The translations under genes were made by a program, and so were the position numbers. DNA of 64,000 nucleotides from Octopus vulgaris (Eukaryota), in assembly GCA_951406725.2 (NCBI GenBank), contig OX597816.1:176886001-176950000 (forward strand), given 5' to 3'. The notes beneath the pieces were generated by a model. It was not told the origin of the DNA. It saw only the letters and a program-made list of their open reading frames with translations, and searched no databases. Positions 23,491-36,153 of this stretch are shown here, in pieces (position 1 is the stretch's first letter; the number at the start of each line of letters is the position of its first letter).

Positions 23491-25135
23491 TTTATTTCAT
23501 AAATATTTGCCATGAAGGCATTACAAAGCGGGGACAAACAAGAAGAGACAAACAAAAGCTATAGTGATTAAATATTTACAATTTAAAAATACAATAATTT
23601 AATGAAAATGTTTATAATTTTTGACTTAAGCATTGCTCATTACAAATGAAATTTGTAATGGCTTCTCTGAAGGATAGGCATCCGACCACCAGGGTAGACC
23701 CCTTGCTTTTTCTTTCCTGTTTTTGGCTTCCACTTAGCTGGTGCCAAACACTCCCAGCTTCCTCGCCACAGGCTTCCATCTTCGCATGAATCTGTCTCGT
23801 GACAGGTACCTTTTCTCCAGCCTGATCTTATTACTGAGGTGGTAACTAAAAAAGTTAACCAACCCCTGGCCGGATACAAAGGTACCCGACACTATGCCTC
23901 TCACACGCGTCTTCCATACTGTTTCTTTCAGTATGGCTACAACACAGAAAAAGCAAGCCTTCCTTTCCTTGTTAAGGGAAGGAGGCGGTACAATCTCGAT
24001 GATAGATTCAGCTGATAGCTGTACTCTTCCCATCGATGACAACAGTTGCTCTGCGAAAACTATCAGTCTCGTTAATTCTGGATACTCCACAAATGCATGC
24101 AAGACAGTTTCCCTGTACTGCCTGCACCTTGGACATGTCAGCAAGACGGCATGTCCATGCTTTGACAGTTTATCATGAACAGGTAACGCTACACTGCCAA
24201 GCCAGAGATTTCTGGTAATTGTCCAGATACCCTGGCCTGAAAGTTCTCCGGAACAGGTTGATTAACTGATTTTCATCGCAGCCCAGGGGCTCCCCAAGGC
24301 GTCTTCGGACTTAACCTCCACTAACCCACTATAGAAATCCACAGTGGAATCCCTATTGCCGGCATTGCCCACTCAAGAGAGTGGCTGAAGTGCCTGGTGG
24401 CACTCCAATTGCCAGTTCCCCAGCCTAGGTCTCTGCTTGATCCAATTACCAATGTCCGTTAAGGACGTTAATTGCGAAAGGTAGAACCGAGTGTGCGGTG
24501 ACTACACCTGCTCTCCATCCAGGTAAAGCCAGAGGCGCCTCAACCTTAACGTGAATTTTTGCATCCTCAGCCAAGGCATCCCTAACCTACCCTTTAGCGG
24601 TTTCTGGTATCAGACAGAGTGCTTCACGAGTGGCTTTCCTCCCTTCCACAAAAAGCAGAAAAGGATTCTCTCCAACTTGTTCAGCCACAAATCAGAGCAA
24701 GGTACCACGGTCAGACGGTAGGTGATAACCGATGCTATAAACGTCTGCACCACCTCTGCCTTTCCTAGCAAAGATAACGCCTGCCCAGACCAGGTCTGGG
24801 TTAGAGCAGTCACCTTGCTGGCCACCTCACTCCAATTTTGCTCTATCTGGAGGTCTGGCCCGAACCAGACTCCGAGCAGCTTAACAGGACCTTCCGTCCA
24901 ATGCCCCATGATGTTATTGGATAGCATCAGCTTGCCCCTCCAGGTACCGAGCTGCAAACCAATTGACTTGTCCTTGTTAACCTTTGCTCCTGCCACCGCC
25001 TCGTAACTTTTGATAGCCTTTTCCACCACTGGAAGCTTTATATACAAAAGTGGGGACAGGGGACACCCCTGACACACTGGGCGCTTGATCCTGAATGGCT
25101 TTGAAAGGAAACCATTCACTTTTATGACGGACTCG
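23491..25135 (-). mobile_element. Tx1/L1-clade LINE, 3' portion (inverted copy)
   Basis: Reverse complement of ~27270-29056 with an internal deletion spanning YADD; C-terminal CPRC...ETVLHAF zinc motif. Confidence 0.9.
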
Positions 25136-28100
25136 TACCAGGGATAAATATATCATGGACACATTAAAGAAACATCACACCATGGAGCTGTTGCAGCAGT
25201 CTGAAGGCACGGAAGAGAGATGTGCCTGGATACCAGAAAAACTGTATAATGAAATGAAGGGTAGGCATCCGAGAGCCATCACGAACATCCCGGACCTTCC
25301 ACGGTATTTGAAGGAGCAGGAGGAAAGGACTGCCTCACGTGTGGTGAGGTCAGCCCCAGCATCACCAATTAAAGAAAAGTCAAAGAGTAAGTAGAACCCT
25401 TGCTTTGCTTTTGTTTTAAATGACTGCACTTAACCTTGGGTGTTTGAATGTGCGTGGTCTGAGCTTGAAGTGGAAGCAAGCTTGTTTTCACGATATGCAT
25501 GTGATGGTTGCTACAGAGACCAAGCTGGACAGTCTACAAGCCCTCTCGCCCCTCCTGAATGACTATGAGGAAATCATGTCGCCTAGCTCGACTGGAGGGC
25601 TAGGGGGTGTAGTAGTACTGGTTCGAAAAGGCTTGGCTCTGCAGACAAATACAGTCTATGTAGACCCAGAAGGTGGGCTGGTTGTCCTTGATGTGACATA
25701 CAGCAGTAAGGCCTTCAGGTTGATCGGGATCTACGCACCTTGTGCTAGAGGATTTCAAACTGATTTTTATCGGCGCCTAGAGAACTTTCTCGGGACGTCA
25801 AAGACATTAGTGGTGTTAGGAGACTATAATGCTATTGTTGATGCATGCATCGATAGCGTTGGCTCGATCTATAGGAAAGTAAACTCACGTCTCATAAATC
25901 TGCTCAAGCGTTTTCAGCTGGCTGATCGTTACAGACTTGACCATCCGAACGTCCCAGAGTGGACCTGGATGAGTGGCGACGGAAGGTTCAAGTCCTATTT
26001 AGATAGGATAGTGATAAGAACTGGAGATAAGTCTAGTTTTAGCTGTCCACAGCATGTCCAAGTAGCTTTCACTGACCATAGAATGGTTAAGTGTTGACTG
26101 GACATAGATAGTACAGTTAAGAGAGGATCCGGCTACTGGAAGCTGAACAAGTCTATCTTGACTTGCGAGGCATACTGTAGCGGGATTGAGGAATTAGTAC
26201 AGAGGGCGTTAACCGGCACAGTGATTAATAACTGATGGTGGTTCGCCCTCAAGGGAGCCATTCGTTTTGAGTCTATTAGGTTTAGCTGTCAGCTAAGACT
26301 AGATAAGGCCAGAATAGAAGGGCAACTAGTTAAGGACGTAAAGGAGGTGTTGAGGTTGGGCTCTGCATCTCACATTTTGGCAGCGAGAACGGCCTTGGAC
26401 CATTACCTCAAAGACAAACATGAGGGGTGCAGAGTTCGGGCTAAAGTGTGTGCATTGGGCCGTGAGGGAATTAATGTTGCCGGATGGGACCGTACGGTAG
26501 AAACCCAACTTGGCAATGATGCCACAATTAGGTCTCTTGTGGATGACAATGGGTGTTCGGTCGATGGACGGGACGAGATATGTGAGGCGATTCACAAGCA
26601 CTTTGCCGAGTTGTTTGGGAGTGGCGGGACGCTGGATCATGGCGAGGCACTTAGGGACTTCCTGTCTGGCGGCCCGCATCTCTTGGCACAAGAGGCTGAG
26701 TGCTGTGAAGGGCCAATCACGGCCAAGGAGGTGATCTAGGTACTGGGCGAATGCCCCGGGGAGAAGTCACCGGGTCTCGATGGTCTACCCTATGAATTTT
26801 ATAAAAGTATGCCAGACTTGTTCGGGCACCTGCTGGCCAGAGTCTACACCAATTGGCAGCAGAATGGGAGAATTCCCAAGTCTGCGAGCTGGCGGGTGGT
26901 GACGTTGATCAGGAAGGACCCGAGCAAGGGGGACGAAATAAGGTACTTCAGGTCCATAACTCTGCCGAACACAGAGTTAAAGATTTTCGCCAAGGTGTTA
27001 GCGAAAAGGTTGGCGCGGGTCGTGGACAAACTTTTCGGAGAAGCGCAAATGTGCGCTATCCCGGGCAGGATGATCCACGACAATCTCCGCCTTATTCGCT
27101 ACTTCTTAGAGAGGGTGGGGAAGCTTTCTGGGGGGGGGGGGCACTGGTACATTTAGACCAGTCTAAGGCATTCGATAGGGTCAACCATTGGTACTTGGTA
27201 GCGGTCCTCGAGAAGGCTGGCTTGGGCCCGACTTTCCGCAGTTGGATTGCTGCGTTGTACAGCAACATCGAGTCCGTCGTAAAAGTGAATGGTTTCCTTT
27301 CAAAGCCATTCAGGATCGAGTGCTCAGTGTATCAGGGGTGTCCCCTGTCCCTGCTTTTGTATGTACTGGCTCTCGAGCCATTACTGCAGAAGTTGGAGAC
27401 ACTAGGGGGCGCACCGCATGATCTACGGTGTGGAAGAGGAGCTACAGTGTATGCAGATGACATCTCCATCATCATGGTGGATGAGGGCCAGCTTCCAGTG
27501 GTGGAAAAGGCTATCAAAAGCTACGAGGCAGTGGCAGGAGCAAAGGTTAACAAGGACAAGTCAATTGGTTTGCAGCTCGGCACCTGGAGGGGCAAGCTGA
27601 TGCTATCCAATAACATCATGGGGCATTGGACGGAAGGTCCTGTTAAGCTGCTCGGAGTCTGGTTCGGGCCAGACCTCCAGATAGAGCAAAATTGGAGTGA
27701 GGTGGCCAGCAAGGTGACTGCTCTAACCCAGACCTGGTCTGGGCAGGCGTTATCTTTGCTAGGAAAGGCAGAGGTGGTGCAGATGTTTATAGCATCGGTT
27801 ATCACCTACCGTCTGACCGTGGTACCTTGCTCTGATTTGTGGCTGAACAAGTTGGAGAGAATCCTTTTCCGCTTTTTGTGGAAGGGAGGAAAGCCACTCG
27901 TGAAGCACTCTGTCTGATACCAGAAACCGCTAAAGGGTAGGTTAGGGATGCCTTGGCTGAGGATGCAACAATTTGCGTTACGGTTGAGGTGCCTCTGGCT
28001 TTACCTGGATGGAGAGCAGGTGTGGTCACCGCACGCTCGGTTCTAACTTTCGCAATTAACGTCCTTAACGGACATTGGTAATTGGATCAAGCAGAGACCT

Positions 28101-29056
28101 AGTCTTGGGGACTGGCAATTGGAGTGCCACCAGGCACTTCAGCCACTCTCTTGAGTGGGCAATGCCGGCAATAGGGGTTCCACCGTGGATTTCTATAGTG
28201 GGTTAGTGGAGGTTAAGTCCGAAGACGCCTTGGGGTAGACCCTAGGCTGCGATGAAAATCAGTTAATCAACCTGTTCTGGAGAACTTTCAGGCCAGGGTA
28301 TCTGGACAATTACCAGAAATCCCTGGCTTGGCAGTGCTTCTTTGTGGTGTTACCTGTTCGTGATAAACTGTCAAGGCACGGAAGTGCCGTCTAGCCAACA
28401 TATCCGAGGTGCAGGCAGGACAAGGAAACCATCTAGCATGCATTTGCGGAATGTCCGGAATTAACGAGACTGATAGTTTTCGCAGAGCAACTGTTGTCAT
28501 CGATGGGAAGAGTACAGCTATCAGCTGAATCTATCATCGAGATTGTACTGCCTCCTTCCCTTAACAAGGAAAGGAAGGCTTGCTTTTTCTGTGTTGTAGC
28601 CATACTGAAAGAAACAGTATGGAAGACGCGTGTGAGAGGCATAGTGTCGGGTACCTTTGTATCCAGCCAGGGGTTGGTTAACTTTTTAGTTACCACCTCA
28701 GTAATAAGATCAGGCTGGAGAAAAGGTACCTGTCACGAGACAGATTCATGCGAAGATGGAAGCCTGTGGCGAGGAAGCTGGGAGTGTTTGGCACCAGGTA
28801 AGTGGAAGCCAAAAACAGGAAAGAAAAAGCAAGGGGTCTACCCTGGTGGTCGGATGCCTATCCTTCAGAGAAGCCATTACAAATTTCATTTGAAATGAGC
28901 AATGCTTAAGTCAAAAATTATAAACATTTTCATTAAATTATTGTATTTTTAAATTGTAAATATTTAATCGCTACAGCTAGTTCACCCTTTTATGTTTGTC
29001 TGTCCTTGTTCGTCCCCTCTTTGTAATGCCTTCATGGTAAATATTCATGAAATAAA
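25136..29056 (+). mobile_element. Tx1/L1-clade LINE, 5'-truncated and pseudogenised (end of ORF1, ORF2 APE-RT-CCHC)
   Basis: APE motifs LNVRGL, TETK, GIYAP, GDYN, LDR, TDH; GSGYWKLN linker; RT motifs KSPGLDGLPYEFY, LDQSKAFDRVNH, QGCPLS, YADD; several stops and frameshifts; 3' end ATGAAATAAA. Confidence 0.93.
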
Positions 29057-29396
29057 GTAGCTTGCTTACCAGCCACGTGGTTCCGGGTTCAGTCCCATTG
29101 TGTGGCACCTTTGGCATGTGTCTTCTACTATGGCCGACCAAAGCCTTGTGAGTGGATTTGGTAGACAGAAACTGAAAGAAGCCCATCGTATATATTAATA
29201 CATATGTGTGTCTGTGTTTGTCCCCCCAACATCGCTTGACAACCGATGCTGATGTTTTTACGTCCCTGTAACTTAGTGGTTCGGCAAAAGAGTCCTACAA
29301 AGCTTACAAAGAATAAGTCCTGGGGATGATTTCTTCAACTAAAGGCAGTGCTCCAGCATGGCCGCAGTCCAATGTCTGAAACAGGTAAGAGAGTAA
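29057..29396 (+). mobile_element. SINE family A lacking its first ~24 nt (interrupted by a Tx1-like LINE)
   Basis: Starts at GTAGCTTGCTTACC directly after the LINE 3' end. Confidence 0.85.
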
Positions 29397-29487
29397 CAGT
29401 TCAAAGCAGCTGATTCCTCTTCAGTAGTTAGAGGAGAGTTAGTTTTATATTGCACTTGAATAATCACCATAACGTGTTGTACATTTA

Positions 29488-29870
29488 GGAGCGCTCCGTC
29501 GGTTGCGACGACGAGGGTCCCAGCTGATCCGAATGAACGGAACAGCCTGCTCGTGGAATTAACGTGCAAGTGGCTGAGCACTCCACAGACACATGTACCC
29601 TTAACGTAGTTCTCGGGGATATTCAGCGTGACACAGAGAGTGACAAGGCCGGCCCCTTGAAATACAGGTACAACAGAAACAGGAAGTAAGAGTGAGAGAA
29701 AGTTGTGGTGAAAGAGTACAGCAGGGATCACCACCATCCCCTGCCGGAACCTCGTGACGCTTTAGGTGTTTTCGCTCAATAAACACTCACAATGCCCGGT
29801 CTGGGAATCGAAACCGTGATCCTACGACCGCGAGTCCGCTGCCCTAACCACTGGGCCATTGCGCCTCCAC
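29488..29870 (-). mobile_element. SINE family B
   Basis: Full, slightly more diverged copy. Confidence 0.9.
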
Positions 29871-30193
29871 GTAGTACATTTAATTGTCTAGTGACTGTGT
29901 TTTGGTACTATTAAGTCAATCAGTTATGTCTTCATTCCAAAATATCATGGGATAATGAAGATATTTGATGCATGTCACTAAAACTTGCGAGTGATAAGTA
30001 AGGGAAGAAAGTTGAACAGGGATTAGTAACTTAATTTTATAATGGCTCACTTTAGATGTTTTTCACATGAAAATAATCCCTCATATCATCTTGCTTTCAT
30101 TACTGGCAATGCTTAATTAAGTAGAAATGAAACAAATCATGACACAAAAAAGACTGTTTAAAAGCCATCAACTCACAATGATCCAGATATATA

Positions 30194-30733
30194 CTCTTTT
30201 ACTTGTTTCAGTCAATTGACTTTGGCCATGTTGGAGCGCTGCCTTAAAGAGTTTTAGTCAAAGAAATTGACCCCAGGACTTATTCTATTGGTCCCTTTTG
30301 CAAAACCACTAATTTATAGGGATGTAAACATACCAACATTGATTGTCAAGTAGTGGTATGGGGACAAACACAGACAGAAAACACACATAAATATATGGTG
30401 GCACGTAAAAAGCACCCACTACACTCACGGAGTGGTTGGCGTTAGGAAGGGCATCCAGCCGTAGAAACACTGCCAGATCTGACTGGGCCTGGTGAAGCCT
30501 TCCAGCTTCACAGACCCCAGTTGAACTGTCCAACCCATGCTAGCATGGAAAACGGACGCTAAATGATGATGATACGATGGGCTTCTTTCAGTTTCTGCCT
30601 ACCAAATCCACTCACAAGGCTTTGGTCGGCCTGAGGCTATAGTAGAGGACACTTGCCCAAGGTGTCACCCCAGTGGAACTGAATCTGGAATCATGTGGTT
30701 GGGATGCAAGCTACTTACCACACAGCCACACCT
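30194..30733 (-). mobile_element. SINE family A with a family C insertion in its central microsatellite
   Basis: SINE halves flank a ~30397-30572 family C fragment; a further old family A copy lies at ~31008-31368. Confidence 0.8.
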
Positions 30734-31689
30734 ATTAAATTTGAAGTTTTCAGAAAAGGTCTGAGGCCCACATAGAACATCTCAGTGATTCACTTGTGGG
30801 TCACAGCCCACTTGTTATATTCCCAGAGTAGGCAGTGACTATGAATAAATCATTAAGAGAAGCAAGGAAGTGGATCAGGGAGGTGCATTTCTTGTTGTTT
30901 ACTTCTATGTTGATAAGATGGGGATAGAAGAGATTTAGCAAGAAATGATCTGGTAATAAGGGTTGTCAAATAACTGCCAACTTAAATATTTCAGTTTTAG
31001 GAGGAGTTCATTTGACTGTGGCCATGCTGTGGCACTGCCTTTAAGAATCTTTTTTTAGTCCAATGAATTGACACCAGTGCTTATTTTTTCTTTTAAACCT
31101 GATAATTATTCTATCAGTTTCTGTTGCCGAACTGCTAAATTATATAAACACACTAATGCCGGTTGTCAAGTGGTGGTGGGGAGACAAACATAAACAGAAA
31201 GACACATATATCTGATAGCTTCTTTCAGTTTTTGTCTACCAAATCCACTCCCAAGGCTTTGGTCAGCCTAAAGCTATAGAAGAAATCACTTGTGCAAGGT
31301 GTCACACGGTGGAGCTGAACCTGGAACTATGTGGTTAGAAAGCAAAATTCTTACCACACAGCCACACCATGTATAAAATAAGATAAAAAGCAGAAAAGCA
31401 ACAATGGTCAAGAGACCATTGGCGTTGCAATGGAGCTGGCTTTATTAAATATGGTCTAGTTCTTGTTATTGCAAAATCTGCTCTGGCCAGGCAGATTGAA
31501 AGCATTCCAGCCATGACAATCCCATCTTTTCAAGAATAGTTTATCTCAGGCAACATTATCCAATATGTCCATCCTCTTTTTTTCTTTTTTTTAAGATATG
31601 AAGATGCGACTTAAGAGAGATTTGGCAACTATGTCCTATAGAAGGTTCTCTCGTATGGCTTGTATTCTAGCTGTTATTGGAGAAAGAAA

Positions 31690-32533
31690 AATATCAATAG
31701 TGTTATAAGAGGTGATTGATTATGGTCATCTCCAGAGTTTTATTCAAAGTGAACTAAACCTTTCATATCCTACCAAACAGACAACACCTTACGTGGGTGA
31801 AGACATTCTTTAGTCTGGGGTGCCGGTGTTTCTCCTTTCTGTACCCACTGTCTTCAGTGCTTGACATTTTTATAGAGAGCTCATTTTTCGTCACCAGTCA
31901 TATTCAGTTAAAAAAAGGTTCATTCATGAGATGTGACTGCAAAGAAGAGCACACATTCACTCTCTGCATGCGATTAGATTCAGAAAGTTTGTGAGGAACC
32001 CATTGACACAATTTGCTGATGTTTCTGATGGCACGCAGGTGTTGATGAATGGTTGAATGACCAAATCCAAGTTTCTCTGCTGGTTCCTCAACAGTTATGA
32101 TGGGATTTTGTTCCACCAGGGTTTGCAGGACGTCCTCGTTGAGCTCTTCAGATCTTCCAGAATGAGGCTCATCTTCTAGGCTGTAGTTTCTGGCTCGGAA
32201 TTTCTGGAAGCACCATTGACACTGGCTTATGCTTATTATCCGATCCCCATATACTGCATTAATGTTCCTCACACTTTCCGTAGCATTGTTGCCTTTATTG
32301 AACTAATAATGCAAAATGTGCCGAATATGCTCCTTTACCACTTCCATTATAGCTTTGAAAAAAATAACTGTTAAAATTGAACTACACTCTTCAAAACTTG
32401 CACTTAGAATAAGGACAAGGTAAAATTACTACCTACTTTTATAACAAATTGATGCAGGTAGTTTATCCTGTCCCCCTCTGACTTTTAGTTCATGCAATTG
32501 AAAACACCAACATTATTTATGGGATGACCCAAT
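31690..32533 (-). mobile_element. Mariner transposon remnant
   Basis: ...FQKFRARNYSLEDEPHSGR...WVPHKLSE (WVPHEL motif); TA-TTGGGTCATCCCATAAATAA terminal sequence. Confidence 0.88.
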
Positions 32534-32543
32534 ATATGTGTAT

Positions 32544-32634
<91 letters not shown>

Positions 32635-32929
32635 CACACACACCTTGTTCAGTGTGTCAACACAAATCCAATCTGTAGCTCAGGAATTTTAATTATTGCA
32701 ATTTTATGAAATTTACAAGTTACATATATTAAGTATAGTTATTACTGTATCTGTTGTAGAAGCAAGCAGAAAATTTACCAAAAGTACTTGAAAATAAAAG
32801 GTAGGAAGTAATCTTGTTAGTTTTTTTTATATGTATTAATGCTAATTAATATCCTAAACATTTAAAATGTTCTCACAACTTTCATTCAAACAAATAATAA
32901 TAATAATAATAATAATCATAATGATTTTT

Positions 32930-33292
32930 AACATAGGCACAACTCCAGAAATTTGGGAGAAGGGTTACAGTCAATTATATCAACCCCACTAATTGACTGA
33001 TACTTTAAGAACCTGATGAAAGATAAAGTTGACTTTATACGATTTGAACTCAGAAGGTAAGGAGTTAGAACACATTCTTTTTTACTCAAGGCACAAGACC
33101 CAAAATTTTTGGGGAGGGGGCCAGTCGATTAGATTGACCCCAGTACATAACTGGAACTTCATTTATCAGCCTCGAAAGGACGAAAGGTAGAGTCGACCTT
33201 GGCAGAATTTGAACTCAGAACGTAAAGACAGATGAAATTCTGTTAAGCATTTCACCTAGTGTGCTAATGTTTCTGCCAGCTCGCCGCCTTAG
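32930..33292 (-). mobile_element. Tandem copies of SINE family D (B-box GAGTTCAAATTC, core GTCGACT...CCTTTCATCCTTTCGGGGTCGATAAA...GTACCAG)
   Basis: Repeated at ~14500, 16915, 37570-38070, 38670-38820, 39480, 50210, 53790, 57990 and 63625-64000; (ATT)n tails. Confidence 0.75.
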
Positions 33293-33725
33293 CCACAACA
33301 CATATTGACACTTTAATGTTTCTACCAGTATTAATAACTGTTTCTTTCATAGGCCACAGATTTAGAGTAAAAAGAGAGTTAGTTAATTAAATTTTCCCCA
33401 GTATTTTAGGCGTTTTCCTGACCAGCTAATGGTTCTAATTTAGGTAGGGGTTCAGAAATTCATAGGGGTGGGGTTAGTTGATTAAATCAAGCCCAGTACT
33501 TGAGAGATATCTTATATCTTTTACTTGTTTCAGTCATTAGACTGTGACCATGCTGGAGCACTGCCTTGAATAATTTTTAGTCAAATGAATTGACCCCAGT
33601 ACTTATCTTATGTTAAGCCTGTACTTATTCTATTGGTCCTTTTTACTGAACTGCTAAGTGATGGGGATGTAAACACATTAATACTGGTTGTCAAGTGGTA
33701 CTGGGGGACAGACACACAAACACAA

Positions 33726-33763
<38 letters not shown>

Positions 33764-34349
33764 AAAAAAAAGTCAAGATAGAAAATGCTAAAATAATTTT
33801 AGAAAAAACATTTCAGTACCGGTTTCAGTCATTGAGACTTTTTCAAGTGTAACAATTAAATAACTAAATTTAGAAAAATTAAAAGAAAAGTTTTTTTAAA
33901 AGAATATTTGTATAGTGTTCAAATACAAGGGGTATTTTCCTTGTTTCTGCCTGTCTCTGTCTCTCTTGTAATATATATATATATAGTAATAAAAATAATA
34001 ATAATCTTTGGATGGAACTTATAAATATTTTAATGCATTGCTATGTGTTTTCATGCATCACATATACCTTAAGATCAAAGTCCATATTCCTGAGATAATT
34101 ACTGAGATAATTCCTGAGATAATTACTGTACAGTCCACAGTATCCATGAACATTGGGGAGATCATGTCCATGCATTCATTTCTTCTTATTATTACTATAT
34201 TTCTCCTACGTTGTATCGACACAGCTCAATGCGACCCCAAAAAATTGGTATCGCCAGTTGCCATCATTGAGCTGTAACCAGCATCATAAAATAGAAGCTT
34301 TTATATACATATTCAAAACGTTTCCCATATACAAACTTAAAGGATGTAT

Positions 34350-34783
34350 ATGAAATCAAAATCAAATTCGATGACTGGCATCTGTGCCAGTGGAGCGCTA
34401 AGAGCACCATCTGAGCATGATTGTTGCCAGAGTAGCAAACTGGCTTCCGTGCCGGTGGTGCGTAAAAAGCACCATTTGAGTGTGATCGTTACCAGCGTTA
34501 CTGGCACGTGAAAAAACATTCGAGGGAGGTCGTTGCCAGTGTGACTGGACTGGCTCCTGTGCAGGTGGCATGTAAAAACACCATTTGAGTGTGACTGTTG
34601 CCAGTACTGCCTGACTGGCCCTTGTGCCGGTGGCACGTAAAAGTGCCCAATACACTCTCAGAGTGGTTGGCATTAGGAAGGGCATCCAGCTGTAGAAACA
34701 CTGCCAGATCAAGATTGGAGCCTGGTGCAGCCAAATCGTCCAACCCATGCTACCATGGAAAGCGGACGTTAAACGATGATGAT
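34350..34783 (+). mobile_element. Family C (RTE 3' UTR) copy with tandem internal units
   Basis: GGCACGTAAAA units, GGAAGGGCATCCAGC, (GAT)n tail. Confidence 0.75.
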
Positions 34784-35039
34784 TTATATATATATATATA
34801 TATATATAATGTTATAATTTAGGACAAACAGTAAAAGGTTATCGTTATTGTGCTTGGAGTTTCAAATGTCGGAGAGAAGAGCTACGATACATTCCCATCA
34901 GCTATTAATAGCAACAGATTCTATGAAAATCTATTAAATAAAAGGGATGTGACTCTAAAAGATAGAAAAAGAAGATAAAAAATACACGCAACCATATTTT
35001 CACAATACATAGACATAAACCTCCTGCATTCACGTCTAC

Positions 35040-35310
35040 ATACACACTCACACAAACATGTATACGTACATGTACACACATACAAACATATATATACTCA
35101 TACATACACACATATCCACACGTATATATATGTATATATGTATGTATATATATATGTATATATATATATATATGTATGTATGTATATATGTATGTATATA
35201 TATATATGTATATATATATGTGTATATACATATATATGTATATATATGTATATGTATATACATATATAGGTATATATATGTATATACATATATATGTATA
35301 TATATGTATA

Positions 35311-35342
<32 letters not shown>

Positions 35343-35343
35343 C

Positions 35344-35394
<51 letters not shown>

Positions 35395-35401
35395 TATATA
35401 C

Positions 35402-35454
<53 letters not shown>

Positions 35455-35460
35455 TATGTA
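35040..35460. repeat. Compound (TA)n/(TATG)n/(CATA)n microsatellite
   Basis: Seen directly; produces the spurious YIYI ORFs. Confidence 0.98.
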
Positions 35461-36097
35461 TCATCATTATCATCGTTTAACGTCCGTTTTCCATGCTGAC
35501 AAGGGTTGGATGGTTCGATCGGGGTCTGGGAAGCCAGGAGGCTGCACCAGGCTCCAGTCTGATCTGGCAGTGTTTCTACAGCTGGATGCCCTTCCTAGCG
35601 CCAACCACTCTGTGAGTGTAGTGGGTGCTTTTTACGTGCCGCCGGCACAGAAGCCAGTCAATGCGGCGCTGGCATCAGCCATGTTCGGATGGTGCTTTTT
35701 ACGTGCCGCCGGCACAGGTATCACAACTACTATTTCCATTGATATTTATTTCGATGTTTATGTACTTGACTCAATAGGTCTCCTCAAGCACAACAGGTCA
35801 TGTGCCACTGGCACAGAAGCCAGTCGAGGCAGCGCAGGCATCGGCCACGTTCGGATGGTGCTTTTTACGTGCCGCCGGCACAGGTGTCGTAACTACAATT
35901 TCTATTTGATATTTATTTCGATGTTCATGTACTTGACTCAATAGGTCTCCTCAAGCACAGCAGGTCGTTCTGCAATCCAAGGTACTTTGAATGGGCTGGG
36001 GCTATGCGAAACTGGTGCAGGAAGCAGCCCGGGTCTTTGCAGTCACAGCATATCTCCTGAGATCTCGGTTCTTCGTCATTGCCTCTGTGAGGCTCAA
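35461..36097 (-). mobile_element. RTE LINE 3' end (last ORF codons plus tandem-repeat 3' UTR)
   Basis: On -: LTEAMTKNRDLRRYAV, like the ORF end at ~50920-50970, followed by family C sequence. Confidence 0.8.
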
Positions 36098-36153
36098 AAA
36101 CGCCATGCTGTGGGACTGAATCCAGAAGTATATGGTTGGGAAGCAAGCTTCTT

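Noticed and set aside
34905-35499. Several long YIYIYI/HTHT ORFs (also at 8203-8995, 32524 and 57110)
   Set aside because: They are translations of stop-free TA/CA microsatellites.
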